A stretch of 64,000 bases of DNA, taken from positions 1 to 64,000 of the IMG/VR virus record IMGVR_UViG_3300033153_002115; one strand, 5' to 3'. The position numbers and the translations under genes were made by a program. This stretch comes from a virus. Below are positions 41,501 through 52,527 of this stretch, piece after piece (positions within the stretch are counted from its first letter, which is position 1; every line of letters begins with the position of its first letter). The notes under the pieces were generated by a model, which was not told where the DNA came from, searched no databases, and saw nothing but the letters and a program-made list of their open reading frames with translations.

Positions 41501-43939
41501 TTTAAAGATTACGTGGAGTACCTTAAAGCTATTCTTGGGGAAGATTTTGTAAATGATAATTTCATAGAAGCTAAATTAGTGTACCGTACATTAACTGATC
41601 ATAAGGGAGAACTTCCAGGTGTATACAATGATGTATCTGATAATGTAACAGATTATGGCCTTCCTGAAGATATGCCTACACCAGAAAAGAATGCTGTAGT
41701 ATTTGGCTCGAAAAGTCCTGCAGGAACTACTTTTGAGGATGTAGTTGTTGAGATGTATAAAGCAGAAAAAACAGCAAAGAAATCCTACAATCGGGATCCT
41801 TCTGAATCTATAGCACATAAGTCTGAGAGTTCTCATATAGAAATAGATGCAGAAACTAAAGAAGCCTTCTTAGAAGAAGATACTAAAGCTGTAAAAGACT
41901 TAGCTGTATTTCTTAATCCTTATAAATATAACAGTAGGGAAGAAATAGCTTTTGAAATAGATCGTGATTATAATTTAGGAGCTCAAGCTTCTTATATATT
42001 TAATGAAGATGGTAGTATAAAAGAAGATGGACCGGAATTTCAAGAATACGTTAGAGAAAATGGTTTTCCTGGGGATACTATTCCTGAAGATTTTGTTCCT
42101 ATAAAGATAATAGGACCCGCAGGAGAAGATTTTAAGTGGGTGCATAAACCTGAATGGGCTGAAACATTAGCTGGGCAAGATACACAAGCTCAACGCGAAA
42201 AGATAAGAGCTAAACGTTTATCTATATTAAGTCAGATAAAGAAAAGTGAAAAGGGTCAGGCTGTAGGAAACTTAGAAGGTAAAATAATGTATTGGGATGA
42301 TAAGAACAGTACTTATAGGGGATTCGTAATGAATGAGGTAAAGAGTCCAATACCTACTTCAGAAGCTATCCGTGATAATATAAATATAGGTATTAAAAAG
42401 TCTGGTGGTTTAATAAACAGTAAAGTGAAAGAAAGTCAGATTATGAACTTAAACTATATTAAAAACTTACCAACAGGTGTATCCTATGTATTATTACCTA
42501 TAACTAAAGTTGATGGGGTTATGCAATACCATGCGGAACCTTTACGTACTACAAAGTTAAATGAAAAGTTAGGACGTACAGCACATGCTTTAATACAAGC
42601 TTATTTAACGCAAGATAAAAAAGGTGAATTAGCAAAAGAGTATAAAAATAAACGTAACTTAGATATAACAACACCAACAGGTCTAGAGAAAGCTCTGGAA
42701 ACCTTTATGTATGTGTATAAACCTAAAACAGATATAGAAGCTCACTCTCGTTATGCCAGAAATAAGCATGGTGGTATAGGTTTATTATCTATAAATAAAG
42801 AAACAGGAGTTATATCCTTTGGTATTCAAGGACGTGAGTTAGTGGCTCCGGTAAGTGAAGAGGTTAGTGATGTTAGCGATAAAAATATAACCGGTTCACT
42901 TAAACTATTAGACGGATATTTTAAAACAGGTAAATTTATGTTTAACATAGATAAAACCAGAATGAACGGTAATAAAGCTTTTTATCATATAACTGTAGGT
43001 GAAGAAGGTAAAGTATCTACAACTACTGTTCTTTATAATGATTTAGTTAAAGATAATACAGAAACAACTGTAGTGGGGCAACGTTTAGCAGATGGATCCT
43101 ATACTTATACTCTTCAAAACATTGTTACGTTTTCTGTAAAAGATTCTAAAGAAGAGAGTTCGCGAATTTTAGAAGACGAAAATCCTATAGCAGCAGAGTG
43201 GGATGCTATTGAAAAGAAAGAAATAACTATAAAATACACTAATGGAAAGCCAGTACTAGATGGAACAGCTTTCAATGTATTCCAAAGAAAGATACATGAG
43301 AATATAGATAAAGACAGTGACTCTATATTGCAAATACTAAAAAGTGAAGGTATGATGGTATCTAAAAATGAGGTACCTGTACTTAAATCTTATATTGCTA
43401 TGCTTCGTAAGAATAAAATAGAACCTATGCGATTTGATGAGTTTGCTACTAATCGTGAAACTATAGAAAAAACTAGAAGTAAGAAACACAGTGAAGCATA
43501 TAAAGAAAATTTAAAAAAAGCACAAGCAAAGTCGAAAGAAGATATAGAAAAAAGAAGTGTACAAAAAGTATTGACTGGTTTAGGAATAACAGATATAACT
43601 ACAGAAATGACTGAGGATGAGATTGCAGAGACTACTGGTAGTGCAAAAGAAGCTAAAGTTATTAAAGAATTGATAGATGCAAAAGATACTGTAGGTTTAA
43701 ATAACAACATACCGCATATGCGTTTTTATAAAGAACGTAATCCTATAGCAGAAACAGCGTGGTATAAAGAATTATCTGAAGACGACAAGGAAGACGCATC
43801 TGAATTATATAAGTTAAATGAGAATACTAGCAATAAAATAGCTACTTTAGCAAAAGAAGGTTTAATAGAAGAGCAAGCAACAAACGCTTACTCTGAAGGT
43901 TTTACCACTATACAGGAACTACAGAAAAAATGTGAATAA
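38594..43939 (+). CDS. large virion cargo protein (RNAP-associated)
   Basis: 1781 aa; N-terminal Gly/Ala-rich membrane-like region with EAIEEGGQ motif. Confidence 0.7.
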   Translation: MPLYEDGEKINYNKDDYNPVTQRNEPLKADLLAAKEKAATKVPDWVDKGTIVTSDLDPKKNAITLSGYGNRGIGPGDLDEDYDMYGAFGSWDEIKANRIALQSDWAKGSRAVFGGLMKGIGTAFKDVGFMLDWRSYAKVGGLMNMEETGAINDILNNVGDWIHESVDEYAPIYEKNDTKSIVGQLMKWGTVSSILDSAVGFALPGGVASKAGTYAMKGVALSGKLLKWTNRLTNLSRSDAVALRLMRAEKAFINLQKAAPKASNIINTVGPMTMQGIGEGMWEATDSYKEHLESVSDLVLTGELSLQDATNQANDIAENVLQLNMAKSFLNLHIFNSVARKFGKGLIRSKPTFGKKLQSMVKEMPLEAIEEGGQEIFKKESEFRAMREYEKTHKNSPVLEELRKKGKYSGNLPNDFFERMANLTSTNQVLLAGIIGAVSGPIQHALMRGVGSKKRFKDQVDAYEKQQAFIKKRQGVLDDSDEFKKFIEQVNKDNKKTGGATFKKVKAEQDLAKTVDKTALTNKLIELADNMDNDDLRELVKKQAYTALIQEHVAAGTYEYLEKEAAKYSGTNHHMSELAGYMKRLKPVINKSRGYLNEGNIFNTAMGIELSKDLKKAYTGMLEEIQTDKLDKTTETLEEHDHQIQLINTIKKIDENIQTEQEYLKSITSMKHQHLLSRELIYDNEKKKALESLVNVKTKSQLNRIIRAYPELRGTKEYTNQVRNIESGKVTKAPKKKITAATKSVEQHEKETTQTVEENIPGTKEGLTQHDENQGRVINEEGKKVNKAGVPILAIENIEAHVTGAVTDVSDKISPEEVNDITKIVHRKYEREADTFTSPEEQVTFVENLVNDIVQGYVEGERTDIQEEQEEVNQEVQRLERRTELFGSTDTTQKLPEELFEEHIAHLQEVKVFNDEVDKLKKKTTLTEEEDAFLMQVPENADATSKELIAEVRAIAEAIGHEKPDGFVNFKDYVEYLKAILGEDFVNDNFIEAKLVYRTLTDHKGELPGVYNDVSDNVTDYGLPEDMPTPEKNAVVFGSKSPAGTTFEDVVVEMYKAEKTAKKSYNRDPSESIAHKSESSHIEIDAETKEAFLEEDTKAVKDLAVFLNPYKYNSREEIAFEIDRDYNLGAQASYIFNEDGSIKEDGPEFQEYVRENGFPGDTIPEDFVPIKIIGPAGEDFKWVHKPEWAETLAGQDTQAQREKIRAKRLSILSQIKKSEKGQAVGNLEGKIMYWDDKNSTYRGFVMNEVKSPIPTSEAIRDNINIGIKKSGGLINSKVKESQIMNLNYIKNLPTGVSYVLLPITKVDGVMQYHAEPLRTTKLNEKLGRTAHALIQAYLTQDKKGELAKEYKNKRNLDITTPTGLEKALETFMYVYKPKTDIEAHSRYARNKHGGIGLLSINKETGVISFGIQGRELVAPVSEEVSDVSDKNITGSLKLLDGYFKTGKFMFNIDKTRMNGNKAFYHITVGEEGKVSTTTVLYNDLVKDNTETTVVGQRLADGSYTYTLQNIVTFSVKDSKEESSRILEDENPIAAEWDAIEKKEITIKYTNGKPVLDGTAFNVFQRKIHENIDKDSDSILQILKSEGMMVSKNEVPVLKSYIAMLRKNKIEPMRFDEFATNRETIEKTRSKKHSEAYKENLKKAQAKSKEDIEKRSVQKVLTGLGITDITTEMTEDEIAETTGSAKEAKVIKELIDAKDTVGLNNNIPHMRFYKERNPIAETAWYKELSEDDKEDASELYKLNENTSNKIATLAKEGLIEEQATNAYSEGFTTIQELQKKCE

Positions 43940-43941
43940 TT

Positions 43942-46900
43942 ATGGCTGCTTGTAATACAGAAGAACAATTGTTCTTAACTCAAGAATTATACAATAAGAT
44001 TGTAGAGACTCACAGTGACCTACAAATAGAGGGTTTGACATTTGCAGAGCAAAGGGAAATCGTATCCTTTATATCCAATAAAATGTATAAGGAAGCTCAG
44101 GTTCCGGATCAAAAATATACATTAGCAGATGTAAAAGTATACATCCTCAAGACTATATCTGATATTGTAGATAAAAATAGCAGTAGTATTGCTGGGTTAA
44201 CTGCTACCACAGAATCTGCGGAAGAGTTTAAAGATACAGTCAATGCCTATAAAAAAGTTAATAACACACTAGGTAAAGTGACAGACACTAAAAACCTGGA
44301 GAAACTTATAGGGATAAGCAGAGTCTACTTATCTAATATACAAGGTATAACTGTTGTAGATGAAGGAGTACCTTTCATAGAAACTGCAGAAATAGATATA
44401 TCTAAAGTATATTCTAACTACGGAGAAGTAGACGCAGAACGTACTACATTTAATGATAACTTCTCACTTCAGTTAGATTCTAAAGAGAAAATAGGCGGAA
44501 AACTTAGGTCATTTCTTACTTTCGTAAAGAGGAAAAGGTTTAGAAGAAGTGGTAAAGCTATAGATGTGACAACATTCTTTGGTACTGAAGAGTATGTACC
44601 TTATCAAGAAGTATACAACGAGTTACATAGACTTTTAGAAGGCGTATATCCTACAGAGACGAAGTTAATCGCAAGGCTTAAGGAGCAATATGAAGAAGCC
44701 AAAGCAACCAAAAACAATAGTCTTGCCTGGCTAGGCGATATGATTACCGGACTTGAAGCTGCAGATCAAACAACTAAACGTATGTTTGTTCGTGATATGG
44801 CTAAACACAAAGCTACAATGGAGTATGTGTATTTCGAAGGTTACACAAACTATGAAGGTGATTATAAAACAAGACTTACTATAGCTAACGATAATTCAAG
44901 TACCGCCGGTAATAGGTTATTACGCTCATGGCAAACAGCACATATGAAATCTAGTGTAGTAGATGGTGGTGGGTTTTATGATATACAAAAAATCGTACCT
45001 CATATTAACAAGTTAGACGCACTTAAAAATAAAAGTACGTTTAGACCTACTGAAGCAAAGATTGCGATATCAAATGCACTGGAAGATGTAGGTATACTAA
45101 TTCCAGAAACATTTTTAGACGCTATAATAGAAGGTAAGATTACACTATACGGAGGTAATAGAGAAATATACGACACAGGATATGATATCACTGGAGCCAT
45201 TGTGCGTGACTTAAAAACTATATCAGGAGAACAAGTACAAGTTGGAGATGATATAAAAACTAAAGCTGACAATAAATGGATAAGTAGTTCATTCCTTAAA
45301 TCTCTAGCTACTAATGCGGCTAAATTCAACAAAAATGAGTTTGGTAATGTATTTAGGGTAGCAGATAAATTAGTGTATACATACACAGCTAATCACCATT
45401 TATATAATAAAGTAAGGGACTTAAAAGAAAATAAAAATTTACTGGATAGTTTAGGTAACACTTCTTTCTCTGAATACTCTTTATATAGAGATTTGTTAAT
45501 AAAAGAAGAAAGTCCGTTTAAAGACTGGTTTGATATGACATATGTGTCATTAGCTACTATATTAAAGAAAACACAAAACGGCTATAGACGTTCTGATGGT
45601 TATACAACATTACCAGACGTAGATCTAGAAATTACTAAAATTGCACATGCATTCAGAAACTCTCATAAGTTTACAGAAACTTTTGGACAAGATGGAACCG
45701 GTAATAGTATAGACATAAAAGTAAGTAAAGGTACTAATATTCTACCTACTATATCAGATAAAACAAGAGTAGTTACTCTTAATGGTTATACATTTCATAT
45801 AACCAATTATGATAGTTCTATACAAGAGAAAAACGATGCTCCAGATACAGCAATAGAAGATAAAGAAAACCCGTTTTTTATATCTGCAGCCGGTATTAAT
45901 TTGTATTATAATACAGTGGTTATGGCTGAGATTAGTAGGATAGCTGAATCTTCTAATCAAGAGTTTTTAGATAAACTAGATCTTAAAACAGAAGGTAAAG
46001 GGACTAGTTACAAAGGAGACTTATTTTATCTTACACCGTATCTTAATACCATGGCATTTAACGCTGCAGGTGCTGTAGTAAGCCCAGATACAGAAGGAGC
46101 AAAACTACTTATCGATATGATAGTTGATGGAGATAATATAGCCCTTTATCAAGAACATATCAAAGCAGCCGTACGTAAAGATCTTGAAACTAAAGCGCAA
46201 GATAGATATGATGAATGGGCCTCTTATGGTTTAATAAAGGGGGATCATTTGAAGCATATGAACGACGTAAGCTCTTATGAATCCGGTTTAGATGGAGGAG
46301 ATGGTTCTCCTATATTTGCTATGGAAGCTGCTATGTCTATCACTTTTAGTGAAGAGATGAATAATGCTAATGCGTTCCAGTTAATACTGGGAGATCCAGC
46401 ACAATACTTCAAAAAAGATGTAAAAGGTACATACGGTAATATAACCAAACGTTTAGCTTCAGTGGTGGCTCCTGGAGACGAAGCAGATTATTCAGACGAA
46501 CCTACTTATTTACAAGTATTCATGAATGATATGGTTACTCCTTCTAAAGCTATTGATAGTATAATGCAAACACTAGATGGTGTAAAGTATAATACTTATT
46601 TATCCTGGGTAGATAAAGTAAATACATGGGAAAAAGAAAACCCCGCAGTAGAAGAGTACCCAGAAGATATAGAAAATCTTTTAGATAAAATAAACAACCT
46701 TAAATCTCTTGCTTATACTGAAATTGAGAGTACAGATGCACAGGAATACTTAACCTGGAAGACGCATTTAAAAGAGATGCTACGTTATGGAGAATTAACA
46801 GACGAAGAGCATAAAGAGATATATGATATAATAGATTCAGGAGAAGAACTTAAAGGGGATAAGTTAGACAAAGTATTAGGGCCACGAAAACCTGTATATG

Positions 46901-49900
46901 CAAATACTGAGCTACAAGAAGTAGCTGGTGGTAGATATTTTTATAGAAATACTTATATCAAATCTTCTACATTTCCTTTATTACCTCAGTTAGTTAAAAA
47001 ACTACAAATAGAGAAGTTGGCTGATGCTATGGAAAAGCTAGAGGCTGATGAGAGTAAAATAGCTAAACGTCCTATGAGTGTACGTGCCGCATATAAGACT
47101 GCGGCTAAAGTAGGTTTTCCTGAAAATGGTGCTGAGGTATTTAATTCCGATGGTACAGTTAAAGATGATTTAGACTTACGTTCAAGTGCTAGAGAACTGC
47201 AATCAAGTGGCTTACGTATACAACAAGCAGTACCATATAAAAAGACAAAAAGAAATATAAAGAAAGGCTCACAGGAAGCAAAACTTTTATTTGCTAATAT
47301 GTTAGCTAAACAATTCAAGTTTGAAGGTAAATCTATATCAGGTTTAGAATTACAAGAACTGTATACTGCTACTTATCATGAACTATACAAGTTAGGTTTT
47401 GAGCAGTTAAAAAAGGTATTACTTACAGACCCTACAGTTGAAGGGCCAAAAGCCGCGTTAGATTATAGTAAATTATCGGAACTGCTGCTTAGCGAATTAG
47501 ATGCCAGAAAAGAAGAATCCAAACCGTTACGGGATGGTCTTCAGGTAAATGAAAAAATAGGTAAGTTTGATATGCCTCTATGGCAAAGTGAGTACGCTGA
47601 TAAATATATGGCACTACTTAATTCTGTTATACAGAATAACGTATTACAACAGAAAGTGAGAGGAGATAGTTATGTGTTAGGTTCTGAAGAAGGGTTTATT
47701 GCCTGGGAAGAGGGAGGAAAAGAGAAAACTAAGAAAATAAAAGGTATTATCTATGCAGAAGGGTATGATGAAACAGTAGGTTTATTACCGCAAAGAACGG
47801 ATCCTAATACCGGAGAAGTACTTCCAGCTCAGATACTACTTCCTATGAAGTATGAAGATGACAAGGGTAATCTTATAGAGCCTTCTAAATTAGTAGATCC
47901 TGAAACAAACAGACTGGATCTAAGTAAACTACCTGCAGAACTTAGGGAGACATTTACATTTCGTATTCCTACACAACTACAGCAATCTATGGCTTATGCC
48001 GAAGTTGTAGGCTTTTTACCAACAGCAGTAGGTAATTTAGTTATAGCTCCTAAAGACTTTGTAGTTCAAATGGGTTCTGACTTTGATGTAGATAAACTAT
48101 ATGGGTACATGTTTAGCACTAAGTATGTAGATGGTAAATTAGAAAAAGTACCTTATGCTTCTTATGAAAAATATATTAAAGAGTTAATTAAATATGAGGC
48201 TTTAATAACTGAAACGAAAGATCGAAAAGAATTAAAAGAACATAAAAAACAGCTTAAAGGTTTAACTAAAGACTTTAAATCAGGATTACAAAACAGGATA
48301 CTAGATATCCATAAAACAGTAATGCTTGATCCACAAACACAAAAGCAAATACTTAAACCATTAGAAGCAGATTCACGCGGTTTTAGTAAAACAGCAGAGT
48401 TTGTCGATAACGTAAATTCTAGTAGACAGGAAGGGATAGACTCTGTTATATCTCATCGTTATAATAAAAAGAAACTAAAGGAAGGTAATGCCGGTAATGA
48501 TGCTATTGCTATATTCTCTTCTGATAGTATATTTAATGCTTTAGCTCAAGGGAAAGAACTAGTAGTAGGTGAGAAAGTACCAGGAGAACCTTGGAAAAAC
48601 ATTACTGTGGAATTCGGAAATAAGTACAGTATATCCAAAGGAGAAATAGGGTTAGATTATAGTTTAAAAAAGGGTAGTGAGAAAACTCCTGCAGATATGA
48701 TATCTGCTACACAAACACTTGCTGTGGATAACGCTGTATTAGAAAGTATGGCTAAGATTAACATGACTACAGAAACATCCGGAGTATATAGTTTACTTCA
48801 TATGTTAGGGTTTGAAGATGATATTACAGCTAATTTTATGTCTCAACCTATACTATTTGACTATGTGCAGATGCTTAGAAATAGTAGAGGTATGTTTGCT
48901 AAGTTTGATCCAAACTCTGAAGATAAAATATTATCAGCTTTAATTAATAAGTACGATACTAAAAGACAATATAAAAGTAAGGAACATGCAAAGTTAGCTG
49001 ATTTTAAAAGTCAGGATGCTGAAGTACATTTACAGGATATGATCCAAAGAAGAGAAGCTTATGGGGATAATTATGGGCTTGTACAACTTGCTATACTAGA
49101 GAAATATAGGGCATTAGAAGAAGACGCTTTAAAGTTAACTTCTCTTAAACGCTTATCTAACATAGACTCTAAAGGACTGAATAAAAATATTTATGTAACT
49201 AAAGAACAATTAACAACAGCTAATAAACTGGAAAAACACCCTGTAAAAAACGCTGACAAATTACTAGGTAAATACACAGGTACACACGGACGTCAACTAG
49301 CTGCACCTACAACATTAGCTGGATTTGATGTTATCTATGGGGTTAAATTTTCAGTGGATACTTTTGGAGAAGAGTTTATTGAAACATCAAATGACTTCGA
49401 ATTCGGTAGTATAGTAAAAACAGTAGAACGGACTTTAGGCCGTGATTTATCCGATGCAGACTTATATGAATTACGTAATAACATAGTACATTATACTCAT
49501 TCTATGTTAAAAGGTAAGGATACTGCACGATTACGTGACTTATTAATGCATAATATAGATGAAGGAAGTCTTTATGCTAACTTACTTAAACTGCAAAATA
49601 CTAAGTTCGGTAGACTTAATCCTTTAATGAAAAGTATATCTATAGATAAGCAAGAAGGAGAACCTTTAATAGTCAATTATGAACGTGTATCTGGTGATAA
49701 ATCTAATGATACAGAAGTATACATGGGATTGGTTGATATGCTTAAACATAATGTAGCTTTAGAAAATGGAGTAATACCTTCTCAAGTAGCACAACAACTG
49801 ATATATTATTCTTTATTAAAAGGAGGAAGAAAAGGAACTTCTTTTAAAAAGTTTATACCTGTGGATGTATTAAAAGAGATACTAGATCCAAACGCAGCAA

Positions 49901-52113
49901 GTGACTTTGATAAAAGTACCTTTTTAATGCAGTATTACCAACATAATATTAATATGGTAAATGAGTACCCTTATGGTTCTCTGGAAGCTGTAAATGGCGG
50001 CTTCGCATTGATGGAAGAAGAGGCACCCGCTGCGATAGTCACGCAAATTCCAGGAGAAGAAAAAGGAATGTATGAGACTGTATTATTAGTAAGGAACGAA
50101 AAACTAAGTATTTACGAACCAGTAGAAATATATACAGGAGAAACATCTAGGTATAACGCGAATATACAAGTAGAAGTACCTAACCCTAATCCGGTTTATG
50201 AAGATGTAGAACAAAACTCAGGAACTTTACTTACAAGACTTGTAGATAATAAACCTAGTACTTTAGAGCATCTATATAATTTAATAGACACTGAAAACCT
50301 ACCTACGTCTACAGCTATTTTGTTGGATAACCTTAAAAAAATACCTTCTAGTGGAGTTACTGTGAAGTATGTAGACACTCCGCCAGATGCCGGAGGTTTA
50401 CTAGAAGCAGATTATAATACAGCAACACGTACTCTTACTATTAATTTGTATGCGTTAAAACTAGAGAATGCGAAAGATAGCGAAGCTGTAGTAGCTATAT
50501 TACATGAACACATGCATGACCTTACATCTGGTGCTATACAAAATCATTTTGCTGCAGGTTCTGCCAGTAAAACTGTAGGGCAAGCTATAGATAATGTAGA
50601 TACTTTCTTGCAAGAACAATTGACGGGAGTATTTGACAGTGATCAGGCTTTAGACTTCGAGAATTTTCTTTTAGCTCAGTATACAGCATTAGATGTTGAC
50701 ACTTTAAAAAGAATAAGAGAGGCCACAACTAATGAGCACATATATAATAATATAATTCCAGCAGCTATAGCACATGTAGACGGTACAGAGGTATTAGATA
50801 AAGGGCAATTGGCAGCTATGAGTGATGCATTAGGTAATGTAACTAGAAACGGTAATTTTGATTATTATTATGCTATGTCTAGTATATATGAATTTATGGC
50901 TGTAACTCCATCTAATTTAGAAGCTATACAAGATAAATTGGACGGTAAACGGTATAAGTCTTTAATAGTACAGTTCTTCGCCGATTTATTTAAAAGTTTA
51001 GGGGTAACAGAAGACATTAAAGGGTTATTAAATGACATCTATACTGTAGCTAATATTACGCCTACCTCACTAGAACAAGAGACTGGTAATGAACGTTCTA
51101 TATTACATGGAACAAATACATATGATTACAGTATAGATGAAGATGCTTTTAAATGTTGTGAAGGAAAGCTGACTACTTTGGAGAAAGAGCCATTATTATA
51201 TAAAGAACTGACTCGTAATATGTACGAAAAGTACAGAAGTAAACCAGAAACAAGAGAGTGGTTTGACATTAGCTTGGAAGATATAATGGCGAATATAGAA
51301 ACTAGAGATAGTTTACCTGTACCTATGAGAGTTTATCCTGAACAAGGTGTATATGGTCTTGCTTTAATAGAAAACGAGCTAGCTACTAATGGTAAATTAC
51401 AACAACGTCATATAGATAGGTATATCGATGCGATAAACTTTTTAAAAGAGAGTATAGGTATAGACCAAAGCACTTCACAAAAAAAGGTGTCTAAAGAAGG
51501 TATAGGGGAAAAGGGAGATGAAAAAGTACAACCTAAAGTATCTTATTCGGATAATAGTAAGTTAAACACGTATATGGCAAATATGTCTCAATACGCTACT
51601 AGCTCTAGAGGAACTAATAACTTATCAGTTAAATTAAAAGAAACTAAGGATTTAGGTAAACTTACAGACCAGGCTACATTCAATAAACTAAAAGAAGCAG
51701 GTAAGACTTTAATTGAAAAATGTGGTGGAGTAATTCGTTCAGGAAAGAAATGGCAAATCGTAAATGGTAAGTCCACGTACAACGCTAAGAACGGATTATC
51801 TATAGCTAAAACACCTACTAGTACTAAACCCGGTAAATGGGCTGCTGTACAAGCTAAAAATGGTTATTCTCATGAATATGGTTCTGTAACCAGAGCGACC
51901 AGAAAATTAAGTAATAATAAGTGGTCTAAAGTGGTTAAATTAAAGGGGCCAAGTCATGCTCAAGGTGGGATAGATCTTACCATCAATAATGGTAAAGTAT
52001 CATATTCTAAAGGAGGTACAATATTAAAGGCTGCACATGGTATGTTTATAGCTGCGGATGGACTTACTATTCCACCTGATGAAAAACCTGCTAGATACTA
52101 CAGGTTATCGTAA
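43942..52113 (+). CDS. virion-packaged DNA-dependent RNA polymerase with zincin-like motif
   Basis: 2723 aa; FRIPTQ and QMGSDFDVDK (DFDxD catalytic motif of crAss-like vRNAP, about 48079); TDAQ; HEHMH later in the chain. Confidence 0.9.
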   Translation: MAACNTEEQLFLTQELYNKIVETHSDLQIEGLTFAEQREIVSFISNKMYKEAQVPDQKYTLADVKVYILKTISDIVDKNSSSIAGLTATTESAEEFKDTVNAYKKVNNTLGKVTDTKNLEKLIGISRVYLSNIQGITVVDEGVPFIETAEIDISKVYSNYGEVDAERTTFNDNFSLQLDSKEKIGGKLRSFLTFVKRKRFRRSGKAIDVTTFFGTEEYVPYQEVYNELHRLLEGVYPTETKLIARLKEQYEEAKATKNNSLAWLGDMITGLEAADQTTKRMFVRDMAKHKATMEYVYFEGYTNYEGDYKTRLTIANDNSSTAGNRLLRSWQTAHMKSSVVDGGGFYDIQKIVPHINKLDALKNKSTFRPTEAKIAISNALEDVGILIPETFLDAIIEGKITLYGGNREIYDTGYDITGAIVRDLKTISGEQVQVGDDIKTKADNKWISSSFLKSLATNAAKFNKNEFGNVFRVADKLVYTYTANHHLYNKVRDLKENKNLLDSLGNTSFSEYSLYRDLLIKEESPFKDWFDMTYVSLATILKKTQNGYRRSDGYTTLPDVDLEITKIAHAFRNSHKFTETFGQDGTGNSIDIKVSKGTNILPTISDKTRVVTLNGYTFHITNYDSSIQEKNDAPDTAIEDKENPFFISAAGINLYYNTVVMAEISRIAESSNQEFLDKLDLKTEGKGTSYKGDLFYLTPYLNTMAFNAAGAVVSPDTEGAKLLIDMIVDGDNIALYQEHIKAAVRKDLETKAQDRYDEWASYGLIKGDHLKHMNDVSSYESGLDGGDGSPIFAMEAAMSITFSEEMNNANAFQLILGDPAQYFKKDVKGTYGNITKRLASVVAPGDEADYSDEPTYLQVFMNDMVTPSKAIDSIMQTLDGVKYNTYLSWVDKVNTWEKENPAVEEYPEDIENLLDKINNLKSLAYTEIESTDAQEYLTWKTHLKEMLRYGELTDEEHKEIYDIIDSGEELKGDKLDKVLGPRKPVYANTELQEVAGGRYFYRNTYIKSSTFPLLPQLVKKLQIEKLADAMEKLEADESKIAKRPMSVRAAYKTAAKVGFPENGAEVFNSDGTVKDDLDLRSSARELQSSGLRIQQAVPYKKTKRNIKKGSQEAKLLFANMLAKQFKFEGKSISGLELQELYTATYHELYKLGFEQLKKVLLTDPTVEGPKAALDYSKLSELLLSELDARKEESKPLRDGLQVNEKIGKFDMPLWQSEYADKYMALLNSVIQNNVLQQKVRGDSYVLGSEEGFIAWEEGGKEKTKKIKGIIYAEGYDETVGLLPQRTDPNTGEVLPAQILLPMKYEDDKGNLIEPSKLVDPETNRLDLSKLPAELRETFTFRIPTQLQQSMAYAEVVGFLPTAVGNLVIAPKDFVVQMGSDFDVDKLYGYMFSTKYVDGKLEKVPYASYEKYIKELIKYEALITETKDRKELKEHKKQLKGLTKDFKSGLQNRILDIHKTVMLDPQTQKQILKPLEADSRGFSKTAEFVDNVNSSRQEGIDSVISHRYNKKKLKEGNAGNDAIAIFSSDSIFNALAQGKELVVGEKVPGEPWKNITVEFGNKYSISKGEIGLDYSLKKGSEKTPADMISATQTLAVDNAVLESMAKINMTTETSGVYSLLHMLGFEDDITANFMSQPILFDYVQMLRNSRGMFAKFDPNSEDKILSALINKYDTKRQYKSKEHAKLADFKSQDAEVHLQDMIQRREAYGDNYGLVQLAILEKYRALEEDALKLTSLKRLSNIDSKGLNKNIYVTKEQLTTANKLEKHPVKNADKLLGKYTGTHGRQLAAPTTLAGFDVIYGVKFSVDTFGEEFIETSNDFEFGSIVKTVERTLGRDLSDADLYELRNNIVHYTHSMLKGKDTARLRDLLMHNIDEGSLYANLLKLQNTKFGRLNPLMKSISIDKQEGEPLIVNYERVSGDKSNDTEVYMGLVDMLKHNVALENGVIPSQVAQQLIYYSLLKGGRKGTSFKKFIPVDVLKEILDPNAASDFDKSTFLMQYYQHNINMVNEYPYGSLEAVNGGFALMEEEAPAAIVTQIPGEEKGMYETVLLVRNEKLSIYEPVEIYTGETSRYNANIQVEVPNPNPVYEDVEQNSGTLLTRLVDNKPSTLEHLYNLIDTENLPTSTAILLDNLKKIPSSGVTVKYVDTPPDAGGLLEADYNTATRTLTINLYALKLENAKDSEAVVAILHEHMHDLTSGAIQNHFAAGSASKTVGQAIDNVDTFLQEQLTGVFDSDQALDFENFLLAQYTALDVDTLKRIREATTNEHIYNNIIPAAIAHVDGTEVLDKGQLAAMSDALGNVTRNGNFDYYYAMSSIYEFMAVTPSNLEAIQDKLDGKRYKSLIVQFFADLFKSLGVTEDIKGLLNDIYTVANITPTSLEQETGNERSILHGTNTYDYSIDEDAFKCCEGKLTTLEKEPLLYKELTRNMYEKYRSKPETREWFDISLEDIMANIETRDSLPVPMRVYPEQGVYGLALIENELATNGKLQQRHIDRYIDAINFLKESIGIDQSTSQKKVSKEGIGEKGDEKVQPKVSYSDNSKLNTYMANMSQYATSSRGTNNLSVKLKETKDLGKLTDQATFNKLKEAGKTLIEKCGGVIRSGKKWQIVNGKSTYNAKNGLSIAKTPTSTKPGKWAAVQAKNGYSHEYGSVTRATRKLSNNKWSKVVKLKGPSHAQGGIDLTINNGKVSYSKGGTILKAAHGMFIAADGLTIPPDEKPARYYRLS

Positions 52114-52498
52114 TAGATCTGCGGAATTATTAGCTAAAAATAAAGACTTGAATTTTATACGTAGAATAAACGAAGGTAATGATTTAACCCTTGATTTTGT
52201 TGATAATGAAGGTAAACCGGCTAGTGGTACTCATTATATGGCTAACGATAAGTATGACGGGAAACAGTACGTATACCCAACGATAGTGCAAAAACCGGGT
52301 AAAAAGGAATTAGAGCACCTAAAAGAAAAAGCTTTTGATTATGCTATCGAGACAGGAGAATATATAGATGCTGGAGAAGACCCAGACTTTGCGCTATATT
52401 TTGCTAGTGCTGGGTATAAACAAAATTTTCCTGAAGATGTGTATAACGAAGCAGTACAAAACTATATAGATAACACAAACATCAAAAAGAAAGAATAA
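52058..52498 (+). CDS. hypothetical protein overlapping the RNAP 3' end
   Basis: ORF track; start uncertain. Confidence 0.55.
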   Translation: MDLLFHLMKNLLDTTGYRNRSAELLAKNKDLNFIRRINEGNDLTLDFVDNEGKPASGTHYMANDKYDGKQYVYPTIVQKPGKKELEHLKEKAFDYAIETGEYIDAGEDPDFALYFASAGYKQNFPEDVYNEAVQNYIDNTNIKKKE

Positions 52499-52503
52499 TT
52501 TTG

Positions 52504-52511
52504 TAACTTTG
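52504..52511 (+). promoter_or_regulatory. Bacteroidota -7 box (TAACTTTG)
   Basis: TAnnTTTG in a 29-nt intergenic gap. Confidence 0.5.
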
Positions 52512-52527
52512 TATAAAATATAATACT

